64,000 nucleotides of DNA from an uncultured virus (IMG/VR IMGVR_UViG_3300031658_000003) (lineage: Duplodnaviria > Heunggongvirae > Uroviricota > Caudoviricetes). Positions within the stretch are counted from its first letter, which is position 1; each line of letters opens with the position of its first letter. The notes under the pieces were generated by a model. That model saw nothing but the letters and a program-made list of their open reading frames with translations. It was not told the DNA's origin and made no database searches. Location of the stretch: the IMG/VR virus record IMGVR_UViG_3300031658_000003; one strand, 5' to 3'. Below, in pieces: positions 11,201 to 17,766 of the stretch. The position numbers and the translations under genes were made by a program.

Positions 11201-11666
11201 AGTTATAGGTACTGTTGGTACAGGATATACTTCTGCACCTGAACTTAAATTTAGTTCTGGCGTGGCTAGTGGATATTCTTTGCTAAGTGGTAGTGGAGTA
11301 GGAACAGTCACATTGACTAATCCAGGCAGAGATTACGGATCAACTCCTACAATTGAAGTTGGAACGCAGTGGATAACAAATACATCTTATGCTACCGGTC
11401 AACAAATATTTCATCTTGCAAACTTGTACACAGTAACTAGTGGTGGTAATGTAGGAACTAGTGCTCCGACTCATACATCTGGGTCGCAGACTATGGGAAC
11501 TGCAACTGTTGCATATGCAGGAGCAGCCGCGAAAATAACTGCTGTTGTAAGCACAGTAACATTTACTAAGTTTAAGAAGTTTTCGACTAAGCTAGTGTTC
11601 CTGTCATCCAACACTTCCAAGATACCTCAAGCTAAGGAACTACGATGCATAGCAATGCAAGCCTAG
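5238..11666 (+). CDS. Large virion structural protein, DUF4815/VrlC-like
   Basis: LNISPYYDDF..VLFKPG..VQARELTQLQS N-terminus, PGADRYKI, RIGRLEYYTALSLME, DRFKNGIFV, DPIAQTF. Confidence 0.85.
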   Translation: MALDLNISPYYDDFTASKQYEKVLFKPGVAVQARELTQLQSYLTAAIGNHAQFNLSEGARVDGGESTILRKPFIKINDVDAASTTIVDSELTNYTGDTVTGSITGITAKILSSAIGSDSHAVDKKTLYLAYTGGNPTEAGSEASSIHFIAGETLTVTSTDSGRNADTFVVDNNISATVTNQNYYGYGLFFVISDGIFFLKNQFVTHLRQEIVVDKYNPIASSYIGLKAKESIVNSDTDTSLLDPASGSFNYNSPGADRYKIATEIAILGIDVDGDADFVATDKIVDGEYYQKQPEGVSMLSMLGKILAERTSEESGDYVTKKFDINIDEHLATSNNQGKFSAADGGDALKLALSIGGGTAYVNGYRHAYGTSTVLPVNKGTSTLIQEGQTVSTAYGNYFIVDEYCGLWNIEDGNLVTLYSTAKDAVTAGTHGSTAAPSTAQIIGQARVKHISYDQGTLGTATCKYRIYLYDIKITKGTLSSVRGIYYSAGTDSGFADVVLESGVAVLKEPNQNKLVFRTPYRSAKTLAAAGGGSYDTAYYHQEEFIVTFAANGTSTLGATGSMTFPYSSSITQTLIDQNFICVLTSAQTINSVAMVEGQVLPLTAAMFTAVNATSISLDVGSASGTFNAKIFVNVKNTDTTPVPKTLVSNVYVKINTATNSGGRYGPWNLGIPDAFKIQNVYVNGTAFSETGQDQKNKFTLDSGQTDNLYEHSKLIANPDQLDNLNKFIVVKLQCFTPNYTSTNGTWFSVDSYPVNDTGTASTIFTYEIPNFRSKKGGLYALRDCIDFRPYVLASANISGVLADATINPATGTTLLKPDDGIHVPGPITNFSTDVEFYLPRMDKVVISEQGEFVVAEGIPSVSPRPPVTDWGMTIAELNIPPYPSISPFLGKVHQKPHMTVGKRIQQTRRYSMNDIAAIEKRIGRLEYYTALSLMEREADSMKILDASGNDRFKNGIFVNVFDSHSLSAVGDPGFKSSINPVTNSVGPAYVEDNINLDFNSSASSNITKTGSLLTLPYSPVVFSNNRFSSKTRNCVGELLFDFYGDLTVYPRSQNHVDTSRAPDLELIDNSLSLFAGALANNLNNAQITSSYEVSFAGVANEPTSASFYAEATDTAAFSGTADFNATASAGASATDSTARGRVTVQSDVTGIVDISGSVGIDGEIGVSGFITGDVITSTQTVTQSATSRMLTATAGPYTENTMQLGSKLINVDINQFMKPVLLCVIGRRMKPNTKLYAFFDGVAVSTSCTPVNLTSATDIVANHAEATWSSKFQNNSIGALGSAITTDAQGNFAATFRIPSGTFITGERILRFSDDAKDRKAFVTTSSNASYSSYGLSTVSQETVISTQVPSVNFGQTSPRTTIIGSQTSVTGVEMKNVVMELDATASAKVTAQADADLQLTQHIQVTGGFDPIAQTFTVQSPTGVFTTSIKVFFSSKSADMGITCQLREVVNGYPARSVLPYGEAYLTPAQVKVTTEDSDGVIGFGAGGNLATEFTFEAPVYLKGATEYCFVLLPQGNSPDYNIWVSKLGDNKINTTQRIFAEDTNIDGILFTSANNRTWNAHQAEDITYQILRANFTSTSGSLQIENSDVDYLQLADYTAGRPIVGEMIHGWKTSIANSGSGYEAGDIITLASSVDSAGKTLTGVKIQVTAPAVGAPGAIQTYVVTDPGSLEATWAEGENPGNTAQASVAIGNLGGGDSNGNGTGAIINLTLARGVCSEMNSLKEFGAFQVIDGHFRNQSSPGAIITPVRSGASIMTVADIIDRKFNELRTLIGNIDFPQTSLQHSFAATNPSGVSTANSTYEAIPVDTRKGISVEKAVRSYSNEAYYLTGTSKKTINHKILFATTDAKLSPVVDVTRMSMLVKSNIINNVSTNETGNNGGALSRYINKPVILADGQEAEDILVQVALKQPVGSSVKVYGKFMSAEDDANFIDDIPWIELVLNDDWSPKTPSLSETSFIDFGYKIPTANLNSSDAFEYTTDRVTNLVIGTVGTGYTSAPELKFSSGVASGYSLLSGSGVGTVTLTNPGRDYGSTPTIEVGTQWITNTSYATGQQIFHLANLYTVTSGGNVGTSAPTHTSGSQTMGTATVAYAGAAAKITAVVSTVTFTKFKKFSTKLVFLSSNTSKIPQAKELRCIAMQA

Positions 11667-11872
11667 AACAAAATTCTCGTGATAAATACACACGAGACAC
11701 CGCGACAGGCGCATTGTTATGCGTGGACAATAATGGACTAGCGGCTTATAGAAAACAGAAAGCTCGTTCACTTCAAATGGATAAGATGTGTGATGATATA
11801 AATAGTCTGAAAGAAGAACTTTTTGATATAAAAAATGTCCTTAAAACCATCATACAAAAATTCGAACCATAG
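11645..11872 (+). CDS. Small hypothetical protein with coiled-coil C-terminus
   Basis: Overlaps the DUF4815 stop; RDTATGALL..DINSLKEELFDIK. Confidence 0.6.
   Translation: MHSNASLEQNSRDKYTRDTATGALLCVDNNGLAAYRKQKARSLQMDKMCDDINSLKEELFDIKNVLKTIIQKFEP
11797..11804 (+). promoter_or_regulatory. Possible late promoter
   Basis: TATAAATA about 80 nt upstream of the 11882 gene. Confidence 0.55.
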
Positions 11873-11881
11873 GAAAAGGCA

Positions 11882-12721
11882 ATGGCAACTATTACACTGA
11901 GAGCGACTAAGGGTTCTCCCTTAACAAATACCGAAGTTGACAACAACTTCACCAACTTAAACAATGACAAGTACGAGTCGGGTGATAGTGTTGCCGTTGC
12001 CGCATTAACTGCAACGGGCAATTTAACACTCTCGACTGCGGCTACAGTAACCGCGGCAGGTACTACCCAAGGCGGCGGTACTGCTATAACAAAGACTTAC
12101 AACATTGTATCGACTGCAAATGCTAACCAAGGCGTAGTACTACCCGCGGCACTCATTGGTAAAGTCATTAATGTGTATAACATTTCTGGTAATACTATTA
12201 AAGTATATCCGGCTGGTGGAGAATCAATCGATGGTGGATCAGCTAATGCACCGGTCGAAATTGTTGATGATAACGGTAAAGAACTTGTAGGTACAGGAAC
12301 TGGCTCATGGAGAGCAGTTGGATCTGGCGGAAATAATGTACAAGACTTTATCATAAATGGAAGTGCATCATTACTTGGATCTTTGACATATGGTGTAGAG
12401 GCTATATCAGCCGCAGGATCTAATCAAGGTAATGCAACTAGTATAGCTGAGACTATCAGCATTGTAACTTCGGCTAGTGCGGCACAAGGTGTTAAATTAC
12501 CTACAGCGGCTGCCGGATTACACATCAGTGTTCAAAACACTACTTCCGCAGATATTATTCTATATCCAAATACATCCGATAAAATTGATGGCGGCACGGC
12601 TAACGCTGGAGTAGCACTCCCCGCAAATACAACTACCACTGTAACCTGTAAGGATGCAGTAGACTGGATCAGACATCGCGGTTTGGCAGTCTATAATTCT
12701 TCTGGTACATTGATTAACTAA
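11882..12721 (+). CDS. Tail-fibre-like structural protein with an internally duplicated domain
   Basis: N-terminal LRATKGSPLTNTEVDNNFTNL motif; two copies of AAGxxQG..QGVxLP..YP..IDGG.AN. Confidence 0.65.
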   Translation: MATITLRATKGSPLTNTEVDNNFTNLNNDKYESGDSVAVAALTATGNLTLSTAATVTAAGTTQGGGTAITKTYNIVSTANANQGVVLPAALIGKVINVYNISGNTIKVYPAGGESIDGGSANAPVEIVDDNGKELVGTGTGSWRAVGSGGNNVQDFIINGSASLLGSLTYGVEAISAAGSNQGNATSIAETISIVTSASAAQGVKLPTAAAGLHISVQNTTSADIILYPNTSDKIDGGTANAGVALPANTTTTVTCKDAVDWIRHRGLAVYNSSGTLIN

Positions 12722-12733
12722 GGGGATTAAAAG

Positions 12734-13753
12734 ATGGCTGGTCCATTAACACTAAAATCGAGTTCTGCACCTGCGACAGCGGCGAACCTCGAAGGGTTGA
12801 GGGAGCTTACTTCTTCTGAATTGCGAGATTATGTCTCGTATGCCATTTCGAGTCAGTTCGCTGGAGGCAGTATCGCTTCCGCCTTATTGACTGTTACTAC
12901 TGGAAGTTTGAGTGGAAGTTTCGATTCAATCGGAACATTTTCAAACAGAGAAAGAACCCAGGCAGTAGGAACTCACCCAGCAAGTGGCGCAGTAACTACG
13001 ACTACACATACTTTTGGACAGAACAACACAATTCCAGCCGGTGGTGCCATAAATCGTCCTATAAGATGGGACGGCAATGACACAATAGAGTCTACTGATG
13101 CTCAGATAAACACTGAAGTGCTAGACGAAGCAATCGCGGCAATGGTTGGCGAAGATGCTAATACTGTAGGTCAGTATAAGATAGGAACAAGTTCTCCTTC
13201 TGGCGGCACTTGGACTGCTCGTTTCACAATCGCTGAAACGCAAATAGATGGCACAGACGTTAGTTATAAACTGTGGCAGAAAACTGGTGTCACTACTACT
13301 CCCGCTACCAACACAAACGCTCTTATAAAATCGGCAGCTAATGGGCAGTTTAGTGAGATGACCATTGGTAATATACAAGCATTGACTCAAAGGTTTGCTA
13401 ATCGAATTCTAAGTAGTGGTATAGGAACGTATCGTCTTACAACTGGCGTACCAACAGATACTGGTTCATGGACTCAAGTCGGTTCTACAATGACAGACCA
13501 GTTGAAGACTATAACAAACGTAAATTACGTCGGTACCTATAGTGGTGCTTATACAGGCAACTATTCTGGTTCTTATACTGGTTCATATCAAAGGTTTTTT
13601 GCAGGATATTTGAACGGTGCTTATGATGGTTCTTATAGTGGCACATATACTGGTTATTTTACTGGTTATTATGATGGTACTTATGCTGGTGCCACCGTAC
13701 AATCTGCAAGCTCTACACAAGAAACAAAAGCATTGTTCATAAGAACTGCTTAA
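12734..13753 (+). CDS. Virion/fibre-associated protein with a C-terminal (Y/F)-x-G-x tetrapeptide repeat
   Basis: Thr/Ser/Gly-rich; about 14 tetrads YVGT-YSGA-YTGN-YSGS-... at 13526-13693. Confidence 0.6.
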   Translation: MAGPLTLKSSSAPATAANLEGLRELTSSELRDYVSYAISSQFAGGSIASALLTVTTGSLSGSFDSIGTFSNRERTQAVGTHPASGAVTTTTHTFGQNNTIPAGGAINRPIRWDGNDTIESTDAQINTEVLDEAIAAMVGEDANTVGQYKIGTSSPSGGTWTARFTIAETQIDGTDVSYKLWQKTGVTTTPATNTNALIKSAANGQFSEMTIGNIQALTQRFANRILSSGIGTYRLTTGVPTDTGSWTQVGSTMTDQLKTITNVNYVGTYSGAYTGNYSGSYTGSYQRFFAGYLNGAYDGSYSGTYTGYFTGYYDGTYAGATVQSASSTQETKALFIRTA

Positions 13754-13760
13754 TAAGTGA

Positions 13761-13768
13761 TATAAATA
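13761..13768 (+). promoter_or_regulatory. Late promoter overlapping an 11-bp inverted repeat
   Basis: TATAAATA; inverted-repeat arms at 13763-13773 and 13794-13804. Confidence 0.75.
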
Positions 13769-13820
13769 TACGGTGAAGCATATAAAGTGCGACCCGTATA
13801 TTTAATTTATAGGATATATT

Positions 13821-14276
13821 ATGAAAGATTCAACCTCCGATGACCTTATACCTAAGTATAGACATCCTTACTTCCTAGACAAATCCGTTCGCTCCATGAA
13901 AGCAGAAATTCTGGTTGCGGGTGAATATCAAGAATGCATTATCAATGCAGGTGCACCAGAAACTGGTTATGTCAATGCTGACTATGACGCAATCATGGAG
14001 GAGTATGGTGAAGAAGAACTTGATAGATTAACTGCACTAGTAAATGATATTGAATCAGAAAAACTAGAGAGGCATGAAGAGCAGAAGACAATCCGCCTTA
14101 ACAGAATGAAGCAAGAGACTTTATTCAACATTAAATTGGAAGCATTTGAAATTGAAATTGTTAAGAATTCAAAAAATAAAGAATTAAAAAAGCTAATACG
14201 AAAAGCAAAAACTCCAATTGAAGTACAAGCATACGCAACTATTCTTATACAGAGAGAAATGGATACTCATGAGTAG
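13821..14276 (+). CDS. Hypothetical protein (charged, helical; possible fibre chaperone)
   Basis: AGGA RBS, late promoter upstream, 151 aa ORF. Confidence 0.6.
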   Translation: MKDSTSDDLIPKYRHPYFLDKSVRSMKAEILVAGEYQECIINAGAPETGYVNADYDAIMEEYGEEELDRLTALVNDIESEKLERHEEQKTIRLNRMKQETLFNIKLEAFEIEIVKNSKNKELKKLIRKAKTPIEVQAYATILIQREMDTHE

Positions 14277-14958
14277 GGGCTATATATATGTGGCTTCCTT
14301 CAGGAAAGAATACTACAATGCTGCCAAAATTTCTGCTGAATCTTTATTAGAATTTTATCCTGATGCTCAAATAACTCTGGTCACACAGGCAGAATGGGTA
14401 GAACCCACCGACATTGAACTGTTCAGTACGATCATAACAGAAGATGTACCAACAGATAATAGAGCCAAGCTATGGGCGTTATCACGCACCCCATATGATG
14501 TTACAATGTACATCGATGCGGACACCTATATTCAAAGCGAGGATATAGAACATGTGTTTGATTTTATTGGTGATAATGATATCATCTTTACTAGAAACAG
14601 ACCTTACAACTCCAAAATAACCAAGTTGAATGACACTGAAGAGATGATCTATCACTGTGGTATTTTTGTTTATCGCAAGAATGACACGATGAAATATCTA
14701 ACAGATGATTGGTATAAGCAATACTTAATACAAATTACACCAGAGTATGATGTCAGTCCTTATCCAGAAAAAGTAAAACCATGGGACACATTTACTATGT
14801 GGTGGCTACTGAATAAGACAGCACATAAATATTCGGTTAAAGTTGGAGAGTTTCCTGCGCCGGATGCAAGGTGGAATTTTTGTATGGGTCAGAAGCCAGA
14901 AGAACTTGATGGTCAAGAAATAGTAATTACACACTATAGAATGAAGCACCAACACTAG
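14269..14958 (+). CDS. GT-A fold glycosyltransferase (GT8/nucleotide-diphospho-sugar transferase-like)
   Basis: RAKLWALSRTPYDVTMYIDADT (DxD), HCGIFVY, DTFTMW, ARWNF, ITHY. Start moved to ATG 14269. Confidence 0.7.
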   Translation: MSRGYIYVASFRKEYYNAAKISAESLLEFYPDAQITLVTQAEWVEPTDIELFSTIITEDVPTDNRAKLWALSRTPYDVTMYIDADTYIQSEDIEHVFDFIGDNDIIFTRNRPYNSKITKLNDTEEMIYHCGIFVYRKNDTMKYLTDDWYKQYLIQITPEYDVSPYPEKVKPWDTFTMWWLLNKTAHKYSVKVGEFPAPDARWNFCMGQKPEELDGQEIVITHYRMKHQH

Positions 14959-15593
14959 CCTTCTATGTCTTCTATCATCATCTCCCACATATCTTTATGT
15001 GGAATAACAAATCCCAGAGTCTGTCTAGGAGAGTCTGAGCCTGCACAATGCCAGTAGTGTAAGTCCTCAGACTCTTTTTTGCCACCATAATAACCTACTT
15101 TACAAGACCATCCTATTGTGTCTTTCATGGTTATAATTTCTTTCGTCACCGAGTCACGATACCGGAAGAATCCTTTTCCATCTGGGCTGTGACTTATTAG
15201 AATATTATATCCCGGACAGTCCCAGTTGTTATGCCATCCCATGAATCCACCAGTTGGATAATAAACATGTACTGCATTGAACTTAGCACCAAGAAACTCC
15301 AGAAGTTCGTCACATAGTTCAGCCGATTTGTTTCTAAACTTAACTGGCACGAGTGGAGTATATTGAAAATCTGTCACTAGTGCGACTTCTGGAATTCCAC
15401 CGTGTGAGTCTTTCATCACTGATTCTAGATACTCAGTTGATGTCGCGCTTGCTAAAGTATGTCCCTCTATTCTTTTTTCATCGATTGGCAGTTTTAATCT
15501 TCCGTGACCGAAGTTCACAGCTTGGTCAAACCATTTTGTATATTCATCTAGTATGACAAGCAGTTCGGGAGACATTTTCTTTAATAGTCTCAT
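14955..15593 (-). CDS. 2OG-Fe(II) oxygenase-like (DSBH) protein
   Basis: YYPTGGFMGWHNN ... YWHCA..SPRQTLGF (His...His...Arg spacing of the DSBH family). Confidence 0.6.
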   Translation of the reverse strand: MRLLKKMSPELLVILDEYTKWFDQAVNFGHGRLKLPIDEKRIEGHTLASATSTEYLESVMKDSHGGIPEVALVTDFQYTPLVPVKFRNKSAELCDELLEFLGAKFNAVHVYYPTGGFMGWHNNWDCPGYNILISHSPDGKGFFRYRDSVTKEIITMKDTIGWSCKVGYYGGKKESEDLHYWHCAGSDSPRQTLGFVIPHKDMWEMMIEDIEG

Positions 15594-16288
15594 TAGAAGA
15601 ATCCTTCTCGTTGACCTATAATCATAAATCGGTCATATTCTTTCTTGCCATCCCACGAGTAGTATGTCTGTTTCTTTGTTCCTTCAAACCCAACTTCATC
15701 AATTCCGACTTGTTCTTTGAGATCATCTAGACTACTCACGCAGTTAATACCGTACATCTCTTCAACCACGTTTGAATTCTGCACGGCTAGTATTGCCTGT
15801 GGATTCTTAGTGGTTAGTTCTTTCAATGGATACATCTGCTCCGTACATATACAGATAACTAAGTCAACATCAATTTTATTCAGATTATCAAACTCAAATG
15901 GAACATCTAGATTCCAGTGACGTATGTTGATGAACTTTTCCTGTGCGTAGTGTTTGTGAAAAATCTTTGATAGTTCAATTGACTCTTCATCAATGTCTAC
16001 TAGATGCAATTGTGCAACATCAAGATTCTCGCATAGTAGTGGTACGAGTGGAATACCTAACCAAGAGTTGAGTATCAACACACGCAATGATCCAGTCTTG
16101 GCGTAATACTCTTCAATATACTTTTGCACTTCCTCTACTAGCCAAGTAGATGCTTCCATATTGTTGGCGTCAAGAGATTGTCTGAAATCAGTTAACTTAT
16201 GTGGCATCTTTGCTTCAATCACGGAGAGACCTTCTCCCCAGTTCTTGAAGTTATTCAGAAAATTGTAGTTTAAATTAGAACTTGACAT
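15593..16288 (-). CDS. Class I SAM-methyltransferase-like protein (possibly degenerate)
   Basis: LRVLILNSWLG (motif I-like), LHLVDID (motif II), DLVICICTEQM, C-terminal YDRFMIIG. Start moved to ATG 16288. Confidence 0.55.
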   Translation of the reverse strand: MSSSNLNYNFLNNFKNWGEGLSVIEAKMPHKLTDFRQSLDANNMEASTWLVEEVQKYIEEYYAKTGSLRVLILNSWLGIPLVPLLCENLDVAQLHLVDIDEESIELSKIFHKHYAQEKFINIRHWNLDVPFEFDNLNKIDVDLVICICTEQMYPLKELTTKNPQAILAVQNSNVVEEMYGINCVSSLDDLKEQVGIDEVGFEGTKKQTYYSWDGKKEYDRFMIIGQREGFF

Positions 16289-16952
16289 CTTCACTTTTCC
16301 CCATTGAGTCAAAAATACATATGTAAGGCAGATCACGATACACATGCTTCTCTGTGTCGTGTGGATAAATATATCCCTGATTGAAGCTGTAGACCCAACC
16401 TATGGGAAACAGTTTCATCTTTACTATTCTGCGGTTGTAAAAGAAGTTATCTAGACCACGATAATACCATAATATTTGTGACTTGTACTTATTAAAATAA
16501 TCGAATATCTCACTACTATTTAGACTGTCATTCCATCTAAGAACAGATGAGTTTAAGTCTGTATATTTGTGTTTGATATGTCGGGTGTCTTTGAATTGTG
16601 TTTCTAGGTCGTGCCAGAATGTCTTCACGAAGCACAGACTGTCATCACATGGATAGTTCACAATATCATCAATGTTCTTCTGTAGAATAACGTCCAGGTC
16701 AAAGAACAACTTTTCACCTTTCTGTGTCACAATGTCCTCATCAAAAAGATACATTTTATTCCACCACTTTACTAGTTTGTTGCCAGCAGGGAACGCAAGA
16801 ATTTTTATATCTTCATGTATGTCTTTTGCATCTTCTGTTAGACAGTGTAATACAAAATCGCAACTTATGTGTTGCTTGCACGTTTCATATAGCTGATTCA
16901 CATGAGAAGCAACATACTTGTTGCCCCATTTAACTGTATAGATATTCAACAT
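16275..16952 (-). CDS. Glycosyltransferase-like protein (KWGxKY/DLD family)
   Basis: VKWGNKY, CLTED, WWNKMYLF, LFFDLDV, NSSVLRW, WVYSF. Confidence 0.7.
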   Translation of the reverse strand: MLNIYTVKWGNKYVASHVNQLYETCKQHISCDFVLHCLTEDAKDIHEDIKILAFPAGNKLVKWWNKMYLFDEDIVTQKGEKLFFDLDVILQKNIDDIVNYPCDDSLCFVKTFWHDLETQFKDTRHIKHKYTDLNSSVLRWNDSLNSSEIFDYFNKYKSQILWYYRGLDNFFYNRRIVKMKLFPIGWVYSFNQGYIYPHDTEKHVYRDLPYICIFDSMGKSEDVKF

Positions 16953-16953
16953 A

Positions 16954-17766
16954 TTATCGCCAGTGTGCCAATAGTTCTGGATTTACTAAGTCATCTTGTT
17001 TAGTGCTTCCGCGACTTGCATCTTCAAACGGTAGAAGATCAATGTTGAAAACACATACGATGCAATTAGGTCTGTACTTCTCAATAGTTAAATCATCTTC
17101 ATCCCAAGATCGACCTCTATTCCAAGAGTATGCCATCCAAGATGGAAAGTGATCCCATAGATTCTCACCATATCTACCCCACTTCCAAGAGTGATAGTTG
17201 TCAGTGCCATCTGTGTATGTGAACCATATCTTTTCTTGATTTTCTAGTACGTCTTCCCATATACATTCACACTGATCATCTGACCACACTTTACATGAGC
17301 CATTTGTATATGCTCCATGTGATAGTTTGAATCTTCTTGTTTTCATTGGTCTTGGATCTTGCCAATGGGATTGCATCTTTGTAGGTCTTTCCATATTATA
17401 TGTAATTATAGGAGTTAGATCGCCTTGAATAATTACGTCCAAATCGAAAAATATGAAGCGACCGCTAGGTTTGTCAGGAGCAAAATTATGACTATTAAAC
17501 ACAAAAGTTTTTGCTCTGTCCCAACACCTTGCCATTCCGTACTTAAAATCTTCCGCACCAAACCAATACTTAGGATGAATATTAGGAATATCAGGAAAAT
17601 CGATAATAGTAACATCGTCATCTATACCTTCTGCGTCATCAGTATAGCAATAGAAATGAAAGTCAAATTGACTTGGTATATTTCTTTTTGCCATCTCTTT
17701 TAATTTGTTTACAAAGTGAGGACCATATTTAGTTCCCCACTTAGCGCATACCACATTAACTCTCAT
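16954..17766 (-). CDS. Glycosyltransferase-like protein (KWGxKY/DLD family)
   Basis: CAKWGTKY, CYTDD, HPKYWFG..CWDRAK, IFFDLDV, NGSCKVW. Confidence 0.7.
   Translation of the reverse strand: MRVNVVCAKWGTKYGPHFVNKLKEMAKRNIPSQFDFHFYCYTDDAEGIDDDVTIIDFPDIPNIHPKYWFGAEDFKYGMARCWDRAKTFVFNSHNFAPDKPSGRFIFFDLDVIIQGDLTPIITYNMERPTKMQSHWQDPRPMKTRRFKLSHGAYTNGSCKVWSDDQCECIWEDVLENQEKIWFTYTDGTDNYHSWKWGRYGENLWDHFPSWMAYSWNRGRSWDEDDLTIEKYRPNCIVCVFNIDLLPFEDASRGSTKQDDLVNPELLAHWR

Noticed and set aside
928..13390. Numerous short minus-strand ORFs in the structural region
   Set aside because: Antisense shadows of Thr/Gly/Ala-rich genes; the same applies to similar ORFs opposite core genes elsewhere
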